DNA from: a virus
Lineage: Duplodnaviria > Caudoviricetes
IMG/VR virus record: IMGVR_UViG_3300025610_000138
Span: 1-24,710 of that record
Length of the DNA stretch: 24,710 nucleotides
Strand: one strand, 5' to 3'
Made by a program: the position numbers and the translations under genes. The notes below the pieces were generated by a model. That model had not been told where the DNA came from, did no database searches, and saw only the letters and a program-made list of their open reading frames with translations. Positions 1 to 7,534 of the stretch are shown piece after piece. Each line of letters begins with the position of its first letter. Position 1 is the stretch's first letter.

Positions 1-2
1 CG

Positions 3-1646
3 ACGCAGGTAATGACGGGCGGAGGGGGATACCATTTTTGGTATAGGTTGCCATCCGGCCCTGAGGGGTTTCGCCGCACCAAGTTGTTTGAGTTAAGTGG
101 TATCGACCTGCTTGCTGGTAGTGGTTACATCGTGGCGCCGCCTAGCACGCACCCAAGTGGCGACATCTATCGCTTCAACACGAACCGCGGCCCAGGTCGG
201 ATGAAGTTCGTGAAGGTCGGTTCGGATGCGTACCATCGGATATTGTCTCTCGCGACAATTCGCCCGGCTGGAGGACTGCCCCCGGTGAGCACGAACCGTC
301 GGGTATTGCGCCCGGCACCCGGTGACACACTGGACCGGGTAGCGGACAAGCTTCGCAAACTGGACCCGGATATGGACCGGTCGCAGTGGCTCCGTGTTGG
401 TATGGCTATACACTCGGAGGAGTGGCTCGAAGGGTTCGCGCTATTCCGGGACTGGTCTGCTGGCCTCCTGTGGGGCGGCGAGGCAGTCAAGTTCGATAGG
501 GAGGACTGTCGGCGCGTATGGGAGAGCTTTAAGCCCAATGGTGCGATAGGTCTCGGCACACTATTCGCTATGGATAATGACTGGGACGATGAAGAGCCCG
601 AGAAGGAGGAGGAGATTGATAGCCACGCACTATTCATCTATGGCGACGAGCTCGATGAGCCGCTACCACGCAATGAGTGGCTGATAAAAAAGATAGTGCC
701 CCGCGGTAGGTCTATGGGTATGTTCTTCGGTGATAGCGGCGCATACAAATCATTCCTGTCTATGGATATGGGGCTGAGCGTTGCCAGTGGTGTCGAGTGG
801 GCCGGGCACAGGACGTATTCGACCGGTGTTGTGGTGCTGGTTAATGAGGGTCTCACGGGCGCCAGGAAGCGCGTCAAGGCGTGGGAGCGTAAGTACGGAC
901 TATGTGCCAGCAAGTTGCCGTTCGCACTCACCAGGCAGAATGTGGGGCTCATCAACCCGGCGTCGGCAGCAGCGTTCCAGGATAGCGTTGAGTCGCTACC
1001 CTTCAAGCCGGGACTATTCATCATCGATACCCTTGCCGGGTCATTTGAGGGTGGTGATGAGAATCGTCAGGAGGACATGACGACGTTCACGGCCAACGTG
1101 CGCCGGTTCATTATGGAGCCGTTCAATGCCGGGTGCCTGATTATTCATCACACCGGGCACGGTGCCAAGGACCGCGCTCGAGGCAGTACGGTGCTGCCAT
1201 ATGGTAACGACTACAACTACCAGATTAAGCGGGAGGAGTCACTCGAGCGACATACGGCCATGGTGTGCAAGAAGATGAAGGACGATGAGCTCCCGGCGGA
1301 TATGGTGTTCGAGCTGCAGATTATTGAGCTCGGCCAGGATGAGGACAACGAGATGGTGACATCACTGGTGCCGTACTACAGGGAGGGCATGACTACGGGT
1401 AAGTCTGAGATGACGCCAATACAGCGGGAGGCCCTCAATGCCATCACTCGAGCGGACCCGGTGGAGGGTCATATACGCCGGGTGAGTAAGGATGACGTGC
1501 GGCGCCGGTGCTATGAGCTGTGGGACGACATGGACAAGAATACCCAGAAGCAGAGATTCTCTAGGGCAATCAAGGCTTTAGAGCGTGATGGAGTGATAGG
1601 TACTGGCGACGGGTACATAGAGCTCACTGAGAGTCCCGTGGAGTGA
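3..1646 (+). CDS. Primase-polymerase / PriCT-2 / RecA-like AAA_25 helicase replication protein (5'-truncated)
   Basis: Frame is open from the window edge (TQVMTGGGGYHFWY, a Prim-Pol motif; GYIVAPPSTHPSG). PriCT-2-like segment 'RSQWLRVGMAIH...FRDWS...WESF'. Walker A GDSGAYKS, Walker B LFIIDT, IIHHTG and RARGS motifs. C-terminal winged-helix-like tail. Confidence 0.9.
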   Translation, partial: TQVMTGGGGYHFWYRLPSGPEGFRRTKLFELSGIDLLAGSGYIVAPPSTHPSGDIYRFNTNRGPGRMKFVKVGSDAYHRILSLATIRPAGGLPPVSTNRRVLRPAPGDTLDRVADKLRKLDPDMDRSQWLRVGMAIHSEEWLEGFALFRDWSAGLLWGGEAVKFDREDCRRVWESFKPNGAIGLGTLFAMDNDWDDEEPEKEEEIDSHALFIYGDELDEPLPRNEWLIKKIVPRGRSMGMFFGDSGAYKSFLSMDMGLSVASGVEWAGHRTYSTGVVVLVNEGLTGARKRVKAWERKYGLCASKLPFALTRQNVGLINPASAAAFQDSVESLPFKPGLFIIDTLAGSFEGGDENRQEDMTTFTANVRRFIMEPFNAGCLIIHHTGHGAKDRARGSTVLPYGNDYNYQIKREESLERHTAMVCKKMKDDELPADMVFELQIIELGQDEDNEMVTSLVPYYREGMTTGKSEMTPIQREALNAITRADPVEGHIRRVSKDDVRRRCYELWDDMDKNTQKQRFSRAIKALERDGVIGTGDGYIELTESPVE

Positions 1647-1657
1647 TTATCCAGTTA

Positions 1658-1670
1658 AATCAATGGGTTA
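1658..1670 (+). promoter_or_regulatory. IHF-binding consensus match
   Basis: AATCAATGGGTTA matches WATCAANNNNTTR exactly, in an intergenic AT-rich stretch. Confidence 0.4.
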
Positions 1671-1701
1671 GTGTAGTGGGTATGGTTATTGGCACATCTA
1701 C

Positions 1702-1750
1702 TGCCGTACTCCCCTCCCCTTCGGGGGAGGGTACGGTATGTTTATATATA
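1702..1750 (+). terminator. Stable cUUCGg hairpin with T/A-rich tail (terminator or origin element)
   Basis: CCCTCCCC-TTCG-GGGGAGGG stem (1712-1731) extended by TGCCGTA/TACGGTA across a 3-nt bulge, followed by TGTTTATATATA. Confidence 0.6.
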
Positions 1751-1820
1751 AGGCGTACCTGTATCCCGATGGAAATATGCAAATCCTGGAACTTATTCTG
1801 GACCGGCTGGTCTGAACTAT

Positions 1821-2171
1821 ATGCAGATTGAATTACCGTGGTCACCGACTGTTAACACATATTGGCGTACAGCGCGTGGGCGCACGTATATCAGCGCTAA
1901 GGGCAAGGCATACCGGGAGGAGGTCATTGCCAGGGTCCAGGCGTTGGACCTGCCTAAGCCCCTCGAGGGGCGCCTGACAGTACATATCTGGGCGTATCCA
2001 CCGGATAAGCGGCGACGGGATTTGGATAATCTACTGAAGGCCCTGCTCGATGCACTAGAGCATGCTGGCATGTATCTGGACGATAATCAGATTGACGACC
2101 TGAGGATTGAGCGTCGGCCAATGTCGCCCCCGGATGGCAGGATTGTGGTCCATATTGGGAAGAGGGCGTGA
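1821..2171 (+). CDS. rusA: RusA-family Holliday junction resolvase
   Basis: LPWSPTVNTYWR N-terminus and signature PPDKRRRDLDNLLKALLDAL...DDNQI; 116 aa. Confidence 0.93.
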   Translation: MQIELPWSPTVNTYWRTARGRTYISAKGKAYREEVIARVQALDLPKPLEGRLTVHIWAYPPDKRRRDLDNLLKALLDALEHAGMYLDDNQIDDLRIERRPMSPPDGRIVVHIGKRA

Positions 2172-2246
2172 GAGCTACGGAGAGCCCGTCTAAGAGGTTT
2201 TAACAGAGAAGAGGTAGGTTGCCCTACCTAGAGGGGGGAAAGTTTA

Positions 2247-2453
2247 ATGAGCGGCGAGAATGAAGCTGTGGTGCAGTTTATTGATACCATTGCAGCTGCT
2301 GTGGGTAAGGCGCAGCGCGAGAGGGTCCCTGTAGTGGATATAGTGGCGAACCTGGAGCTGCTGAAGTTCATTGTGATGGAGTCAGCTGTGGACTCTGCGA
2401 AGGGGGAGCTCACGGCAGATATGGGGTTTAGGGGTGATGGTGGAATACATTAG
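2247..2453 (+). CDS. Hypothetical protein (68 aa)
   Basis: Co-oriented ORF with GAGGGGGG upstream of the ATG; helical-looking sequence with no recognisable motif. Confidence 0.65.
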   Translation: MSGENEAVVQFIDTIAAAVGKAQRERVPVVDIVANLELLKFIVMESAVDSAKGELTADMGFRGDGGIH

Positions 2454-2486
2454 TGTAGGGGGTGAGGGCTCGTCAAGCCCATGTCA

Positions 2487-2515
2487 TGGACAACGCCTTG
2501 ACAGCGCGGTATAAT
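2487..2515 (+). promoter_or_regulatory. Sigma70-type promoter, candidate late promoter
   Basis: TGGACA (2487-2492), 17-bp spacer, TATAAT (2510-2515). Lies at the boundary between replication genes and lysis/structural genes. Confidence 0.7.
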
Positions 2516-2521
2516 GGGAGT

Positions 2522-2752
2522 ATGGCCCATGGTTACGACAATTATTACTTTCTGGACGACAAAGGTGTTGTCCGTCCTTGCGTTAGGGCCCGAGCGAACG
2601 AGTGTGCAGAGCGTGACCTTGATTACCAAATTCAGCACGCAGATGATATGTCAGCGCATCTATTGCAGCGTCGTGAGTGGCGCGAGCTAGATGAGGTGCA
2701 GGATATATACGATGAACTGATGGAGACCATAGATGGAGCTAGACTTAGTTAA
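2522..2752 (+). CDS. Hypothetical protein (76 aa), first gene after the promoter
   Basis: In-frame ATG at 2522 within the track ORF 2462-2752. This start is preferred because the upstream extension overlaps the promoter. Confidence 0.6.
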   Translation: MAHGYDNYYFLDDKGVVRPCVRARANECAERDLDYQIQHADDMSAHLLQRREWRELDEVQDIYDELMETIDGARLS

Positions 2753-2903
2753 CACCGGTGTGGTGGGTGGGGCGACACTAGCTGTCGGCGGCATATGGCG
2801 CGCATACAATAGCTTAGTCCTTAAGTTAATCACGACAATCACAGACAATACGATAGCGCTCGCTGAGCTGCGAGCAGTTATCGATGAACGGAATAAGAGA
2901 TGA
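2733..2903 (+). CDS. Small holin-like membrane protein (56 aa, not in ORF track)
   Basis: Hand translation MELDLVNTGVVGGATLAVGGIWRAYNSLVLKLITTITDNTIALAELRAVIDERNKR. GGAG at 2722-2725, hydrophobic N-terminal segment, coiled-coil-like basic tail, ATGA overlap with the next gene, and two genes before the endolysin. Confidence 0.65.
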   Translation: MELDLVNTGVVGGATLAVGGIWRAYNSLVLKLITTITDNTIALAELRAVIDERNKR

Positions 2904-3088
2904 CTCTCAAGAGACTCAAAGAAAGGGTCGCTAAGGCCATCTTCGGCACCGATGAAGGTGTCCCGACAGATACATTGGATGATGCGATGCGCATGCATCG
3001 GATGGCACACCAAGACTTGTGCGAGACTATAGGTCACTATCGTCAAATCAATAGGCGTCGAGCACGCGACATAAAGAGGGCACTGTAA
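2900..3088 (+). CDS. Hypothetical basic protein (62 aa) in the lysis region
   Basis: ATGA-coupled to the previous ORF and fills the gap to the endolysin. Confidence 0.6.
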   Translation: MTLKRLKERVAKAIFGTDEGVPTDTLDDAMRMHRMAHQDLCETIGHYRQINRRRARDIKRAL

Positions 3089-3125
3089 TGGGTAAGTGGG
3101 CAGCACGTAAGGCTAAGGCGGCTAA

Positions 3126-3470
3126 ATGAGTTTGGGTCTAGGCGATAGGCAGCGCGCGTTCGCGGTAGCTGCTGCGCAATTGATTATTAAGGCTAATGAG
3201 CTCGGCTATGGCGTGACATTGGGTGATGCCTACCGTGACCCGCGAGCGTTCGGCGTGAGTGGTGAGGCCGGTCCATATGGCAGTAAGACGAGCAATCATA
3301 AGAAGCGATTGGCAATTGACCTGAACCTATTCATGGATGGTGAGTACATTACAGATGACCGCGGCCACCGTGAGCTCGGTGCTTGGTGGGAGCTGTCCTT
3401 CGAAGAGTTCGGTGCACGCTGGGGCGGACGCTACATGGACCCTAATCATTATGAGTTCATTCACGCATGA
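3126..3470 (+). CDS. Endolysin, peptidase M15 family (Zn D,D-/L,D-peptidase)
   Basis: SNHKKRLAIDLNLF (SxH...D) and WGGRYMDPNHYE (D-x-x-H) motifs; TLGDAYR; 114 aa. Confidence 0.92.
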   Translation: MSLGLGDRQRAFAVAAAQLIIKANELGYGVTLGDAYRDPRAFGVSGEAGPYGSKTSNHKKRLAIDLNLFMDGEYITDDRGHRELGAWWELSFEEFGARWGGRYMDPNHYEFIHA

Positions 3471-6163
3471 GTAACGCATTGGGCAAGAGACAGTGGGGCG
3501 AGGCCACGCCACTGCCAGACACTACTTGGATGAAGATGGGCAGGAACCTGAATAAGTGGGTGACGCCCGTGCTCGGCATCTTCCCGGCAGACAATCCGTA
3601 TGGCTCATTCCTGGAGCGTCTCATTGTCGGTGACTCACCGGAGCGCACGCAGCGCATGGCCGAGGGCTATCCGCACCAGTACACTGGTGCCGGGCCAAAT
3701 GACCCGCTGATTAAGCCTCATGTATTTGACCTGGCTGGCGCTCTGCCTATAGGCACTGCGCTCAAAGCCGGGACGCTCATGCGCGAGGCAGGTGAGCTCA
3801 CAGCCGGCATCATGGCGGCAACGAAGGGAGATAAGACCACTCATCACCCGCTAAGCAACAAGAGCACCAACGCACTCAGCAAGCCACTGGAAGAGATGCA
3901 GTACGAGTCGGTTGATACGACTGAGCCGCTAGCAGAATTGCAGGAGCGCTTGATTATCCGGCCAGATGACCTGGTAGGGTCCGCACTTATACCGGCACTA
4001 GGTGACCGGAGCGATATAGGTAGGGAGATAGTCAGCATAGGCGGCAACGCACTGTCGACACCGCAACGTGCGTATGGTGGATTCAAGTACATGCTTGAGA
4101 ACGCTCACCCGGACAACAGCAGCGTGTGGGCCAACAACAAGGGCGCCACGACCGGGTTACAGAACACAATACAGAATGCGCTAGCACAGGGACTAACACC
4201 GCGCTTCGTGAGCACGCCAATGGGCTACGACAGCATGAGCTTCAACACCATGACCACTAACGCCATGTTGGAGCAGATGCTTAGCGCGCCCATAACGAAG
4301 AAGGCAATGAAAGAGTTCGATAGGGCAGTAAGGAAGAAGCGACCTGAGTGGAAGGGTATCAACGACCCGACGTCTCTCGAACTGCTCGCCACTAACGGCG
4401 AACTGCGCAAGGCGTTTGTGAATACAGCTGGTCTTGAGAAATTCCAGAAGGCAGGGTTCCCGGCGCTAGACGAGACCAAGTACGCGTTCACTGACCAGGA
4501 ACTGCTGGACGTGCCTAATGGTTGGGGCGGACAATACATATCAACCCCCACGGGTGAGCTCGCGGTCGACCCACGATACATTCATCCATCGTTCGCAGAC
4601 CAGTTTCTCGGTGACTACACTGGCGGACTGGACCAGGCTATCCCGCCGCAGTACATGTATCCGGACTGGTATCACAATGACCGGCGCGCGAGATACAAAC
4701 CAGAGAACAAGGACTATCGTTCACTGCAATCGCAATCAATGTATCAGGTGGCAGACGAGGACTGGGCACGAGGCATGAACAGATATATGGGAATTAATGA
4801 CCATGGCGGGTTCCTCCCGGCACCGCGGCAGATAGGTGACGTACCACTACCGGGCGCGCCTATGCCGGCCAATGTGCCGACACTAGGTAAGGTGAGCATC
4901 GGACCTGACCCAAGAATGGAGCAGGCGGCCATCAGACATTCAGAAGCTACCGGGATACCTTACGAACCGGTGGAACGCTTCAAGCCGATCGACCCGGACT
5001 TCGCTGCACGCGTTGCCCGTGAGTACGACCTCATGGAGCATAACCCCAATGACCCGCTGGTGAAGGAGGCATACAACGCACTCGCTAAGGAAGTTGAGGG
5101 ACAATACGAACAGATGTTGGCCGCCGGTATCAAGCCGGAGTTCAGCAACAATCCGTACCCGGAGAGTCCATACCTGGCGCTCCAGGACATGATTGAGAAT
5201 AACAAGTTGGAGGTGTATCCGACACGAGACGGGTATGGTCCGGCACTCGGAACTGATGAAGCGTTCGACCCGGCCGGCAATCCTTTATTAGCGGAGTCAC
5301 CATACGAGATAAGCGGAGAGCCAGCGCTCTACAACGACCTATTCCGTGCTGTGCATGATGCGCAGGGCCACGGCAAGATAGGCGCCGGGTTCCGCGCAAT
5401 GGGCGAGGAGATGGCGTACCAGTCGCATGTTGGCACGCTGAGCCCTGTTGCGCAGCGCGCACTGGCGCCAGAGACACGAGGTCAGAATAGCTGGTTGAAC
5501 TACGGACCGCACGGTGAGAGTAACCGGGTGGCCGGCATAGACGCCACAGTATTTGCAGACCAAAAGACCGGCAGACTACCAAACTGGGCCGTACAGCAGG
5601 ACACACCAGCATTTGAGCGGCGTAAGGCGCAGTTCATGCAGTTGCACGAGGCCGGGGAATCCGGGCTGGAAGGTGCGGTAGATGCGGAAGGTAACCTAAT
5701 CCTATCGCACTATGCGAAGGAGCCCATTGAGAGGGTTGACCCGAAACATTACGGCAAGGGCCTGTCAGGGCAGACCAGGTCGGAGCGCGAGCGCGCAATG
5801 GACCCGGCATTCGTCCCGCGCAGCTACTACGGTATCGAGGGTGATATCAATCCCTATCGCAAGGAGGGTGGCCTCGGTGACTACAAGGTCGAGACCAAGA
5901 TTCAAGCAGCTCAGGTGTATGACGCGAACGCTGACCCAGATGGCATCTGGAAGGCTGCCGGTGGCGATGCGACCAAGGCTGAGAAGGCTGTGTTCGATGC
6001 TGGCTACAGTGGCTACCGGGCCAACAACGAGCAGCTGGGGCAGGTTGCGGTTATCTTCGACCCGCTAGACGTCACCAAGAAGCTCTCAGTCGTGCTCGCC
6101 GCAGGTATCGGCGCACTGACTGCCAACCAACTATATCAACCCGAGGCACTGGAGGGAATATGA
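3467..6163 (+). CDS. Large multidomain (polyvalent-like) protein with putative zincin-like and C-terminal ADP-ribosyltransferase-like regions
   Basis: 898-aa ORF, ATGA-coupled at both ends. FRAVHDAQGH...GEE...ETRGQNSW at about aa 626-680. C-terminal LSHY...DPKHYGKG...RSYY...AGYSGY...VAVIFDP pattern. Confidence 0.6.
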   Translation: MSNALGKRQWGEATPLPDTTWMKMGRNLNKWVTPVLGIFPADNPYGSFLERLIVGDSPERTQRMAEGYPHQYTGAGPNDPLIKPHVFDLAGALPIGTALKAGTLMREAGELTAGIMAATKGDKTTHHPLSNKSTNALSKPLEEMQYESVDTTEPLAELQERLIIRPDDLVGSALIPALGDRSDIGREIVSIGGNALSTPQRAYGGFKYMLENAHPDNSSVWANNKGATTGLQNTIQNALAQGLTPRFVSTPMGYDSMSFNTMTTNAMLEQMLSAPITKKAMKEFDRAVRKKRPEWKGINDPTSLELLATNGELRKAFVNTAGLEKFQKAGFPALDETKYAFTDQELLDVPNGWGGQYISTPTGELAVDPRYIHPSFADQFLGDYTGGLDQAIPPQYMYPDWYHNDRRARYKPENKDYRSLQSQSMYQVADEDWARGMNRYMGINDHGGFLPAPRQIGDVPLPGAPMPANVPTLGKVSIGPDPRMEQAAIRHSEATGIPYEPVERFKPIDPDFAARVAREYDLMEHNPNDPLVKEAYNALAKEVEGQYEQMLAAGIKPEFSNNPYPESPYLALQDMIENNKLEVYPTRDGYGPALGTDEAFDPAGNPLLAESPYEISGEPALYNDLFRAVHDAQGHGKIGAGFRAMGEEMAYQSHVGTLSPVAQRALAPETRGQNSWLNYGPHGESNRVAGIDATVFADQKTGRLPNWAVQQDTPAFERRKAQFMQLHEAGESGLEGAVDAEGNLILSHYAKEPIERVDPKHYGKGLSGQTRSERERAMDPAFVPRSYYGIEGDINPYRKEGGLGDYKVETKIQAAQVYDANADPDGIWKAAGGDATKAEKAVFDAGYSGYRANNEQLGQVAVIFDPLDVTKKLSVVLAAGIGALTANQLYQPEALEGI

Positions 6164-6648
6164 TTGAATTGATTACCCTACCTCTGGCGGGGATGGCTGA
6201 CCGGGTGCGCGGAGGATACCCGGAGGGGCGAGATAAATGGATAAAGTATCTAGCAATGGCGACCATTGGTCCGTGCTTAGCGCTACAGATTACCAGCGAG
6301 CCCAAGCTAATCTTAATGAGCATTATCGCAGCCTTCTTGACTATGTGGAGACAGGACAACGGGTGGAGGGGACGGTGGGTACTGCACGGTGCCTCGATGT
6401 ACAACGCATGGAAGGCGGCAAGGTGGGGGCTAATTGCATCTCTCTCAATGATGCCTCTGGTTTATTTCGAACGGGGGTTCCTGGTCTATCTGTTGGCCCT
6501 CCCGCTCGGAGCGATACTCGCGCAGATGATAGCTATACGACTTCCGGCTATGAACGTATTCGATTTGCGCAACGCATGGCCCTGGTCGGAACTAATTGAA
6601 CTACCCATTATCGGGTTAATAGCAAATATCCTAGGGAGGATAATCTAA
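6160..6648 (+). CDS. Multi-pass membrane protein of unknown function
   Basis: 162 aa with several hydrophobic stretches; GGAGGG RBS; ATGA and TAATG overlaps with neighbours. Confidence 0.75.
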   Translation: MIELITLPLAGMADRVRGGYPEGRDKWIKYLAMATIGPCLALQITSEPKLILMSIIAAFLTMWRQDNGWRGRWVLHGASMYNAWKAARWGLIASLSMMPLVYFERGFLVYLLALPLGAILAQMIAIRLPAMNVFDLRNAWPWSELIELPIIGLIANILGRII

Positions 6649-6824
6649 TGGCAAAATATTCAAAGGCAATCGCAGCACTTGTTAGTGCGGTTATCGGTGT
6701 ACTGGTTGCGTTCAATGTGGTGTCGCCTGCTGTTGCCGATACGCTTAGCCCGGAAACGGTAACGCTGTTGGTTACAACCGTGACCACTGTTGCAGGTGTG
6801 TTCTACGCTCCGGCCAATGCGTAA
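6648..6824 (+). CDS. Putative class II holin (58 aa, not in ORF track)
   Basis: Hand translation MAKYSKAIAALVSAVIGVLVAFNVVSPAVADTLSPETVTLLVTTVTTVAGVFYAPANA: two hydrophobic segments. GGAGGA RBS, TAATG overlaps on both sides, directly before the spanins. Confidence 0.75.
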   Translation: MAKYSKAIAALVSAVIGVLVAFNVVSPAVADTLSPETVTLLVTTVTTVAGVFYAPANA

Positions 6825-7036
6825 TGCTCTGGTTAGTATCCTTTGGCGTATTCTTGCTTTTGATTGGCGCATTTGCCCTTGGCAGAGCCGGGGGCAGGGT
6901 GAACATATCTGAAGCAGAGAAAGAAAAACTGGCAGAGCAGATAAGCAATGAAGTTAAAAATGTTGTTGCTAGTCGCACTCGTCTTGAGCTTGAGCGCAGG
7001 ATGCGCCGAAGTCCCAATCGCTCTAATAGCGGCTAA
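6824..7036 (+). CDS. i-spanin (Rz-like)
   Basis: N-terminal TM helix followed by a charged coiled-coil-like region; its 3' end is overlapped by a lipoprotein gene. Confidence 0.75.
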   Translation: MLWLVSFGVFLLLIGAFALGRAGGRVNISEAEKEKLAEQISNEVKNVVASRTRLELERRMRRSPNRSNSG

Positions 7037-7214
7037 TAACGCAGCTCAAATATATGAGCGCGTTAAACCAGTTGAGGTTAAGCCGGATGGAACCATACCC
7101 TGCAGCGTTATTAGTCGTGTTCATCTTGATGGCGACCTTACAGGACTAACAGATGACGACTTGCGTGCAATTGATTTTAACAACGAGGTAATTGAGAGGT
7201 TATGCCTGTGGTAA
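6948..7214 (+). CDS. o-spanin (Rz1-like lipoprotein)
   Basis: Signal peptide MKLKMLLLVALVLSLSAG-C with lipobox; starts inside the i-spanin gene in another frame; additional Cys residues. Confidence 0.8.
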   Translation: MKLKMLLLVALVLSLSAGCAEVPIALIAANNAAQIYERVKPVEVKPDGTIPCSVISRVHLDGDLTGLTDDDLRAIDFNNEVIERLCLW

Positions 7215-7534
7215 GAATAATAATAATGCTGGCATTAATGTGCGCTCTAGCTTGGCACTCAAGTCCAAGTAGTGCCGTACCATACTCAAGAACAATCGAG
7301 AGGGAGGGTGATACGCTCATCATGTCATGCGGCAGGTGGGCGCAGCTGTATCAGGTTGCAGCAAAGTTCGGGCTACAACGTACCGCGCTGTGGCTGCAGA
7401 TGCCTGAGAGTAATTCAAGACCGACCGACATGATATTCCTGCAGCAGGATATCTGGCCGGAGATAAGGGAGCACAATTCATACTTCGGGAGCTATGCGGG
7501 CGCGTGGGGTATATGCACGGGTGACCAAATCTGA
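7202..7534 (+). CDS. Putative secreted/periplasmic protein
   Basis: Sec-type signal MPVVRIIIMLALMCALAWHSSPSSA; two Cys in the mature part; TGATG overlap with the next gene. Confidence 0.65.
   Translation: MPVVRIIIMLALMCALAWHSSPSSAVPYSRTIEREGDTLIMSCGRWAQLYQVAAKFGLQRTALWLQMPESNSRPTDMIFLQQDIWPEIREHNSYFGSYAGAWGICTGDQI

Noticed and set aside
725-760. Walker A GDSGAYKS lacking the usual Gly before Lys
   Set aside because: A tolerated variant in RepA/AAA_25-type helicases; Lys-Ser and Walker B are retained.
1643-1831. 62-aa + strand ORF between the helicase and rusA
   Set aside because: It runs through the hairpin, IHF and AT-rich elements and looks non-protein-like; more likely non-coding.
3126-3210. 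Ala-rich endolysin N-terminus as a SAR or signal sequence
   Set aside because: Too short and interrupted by polar or charged residues; it matches the ordinary first helix of M15 endolysins.
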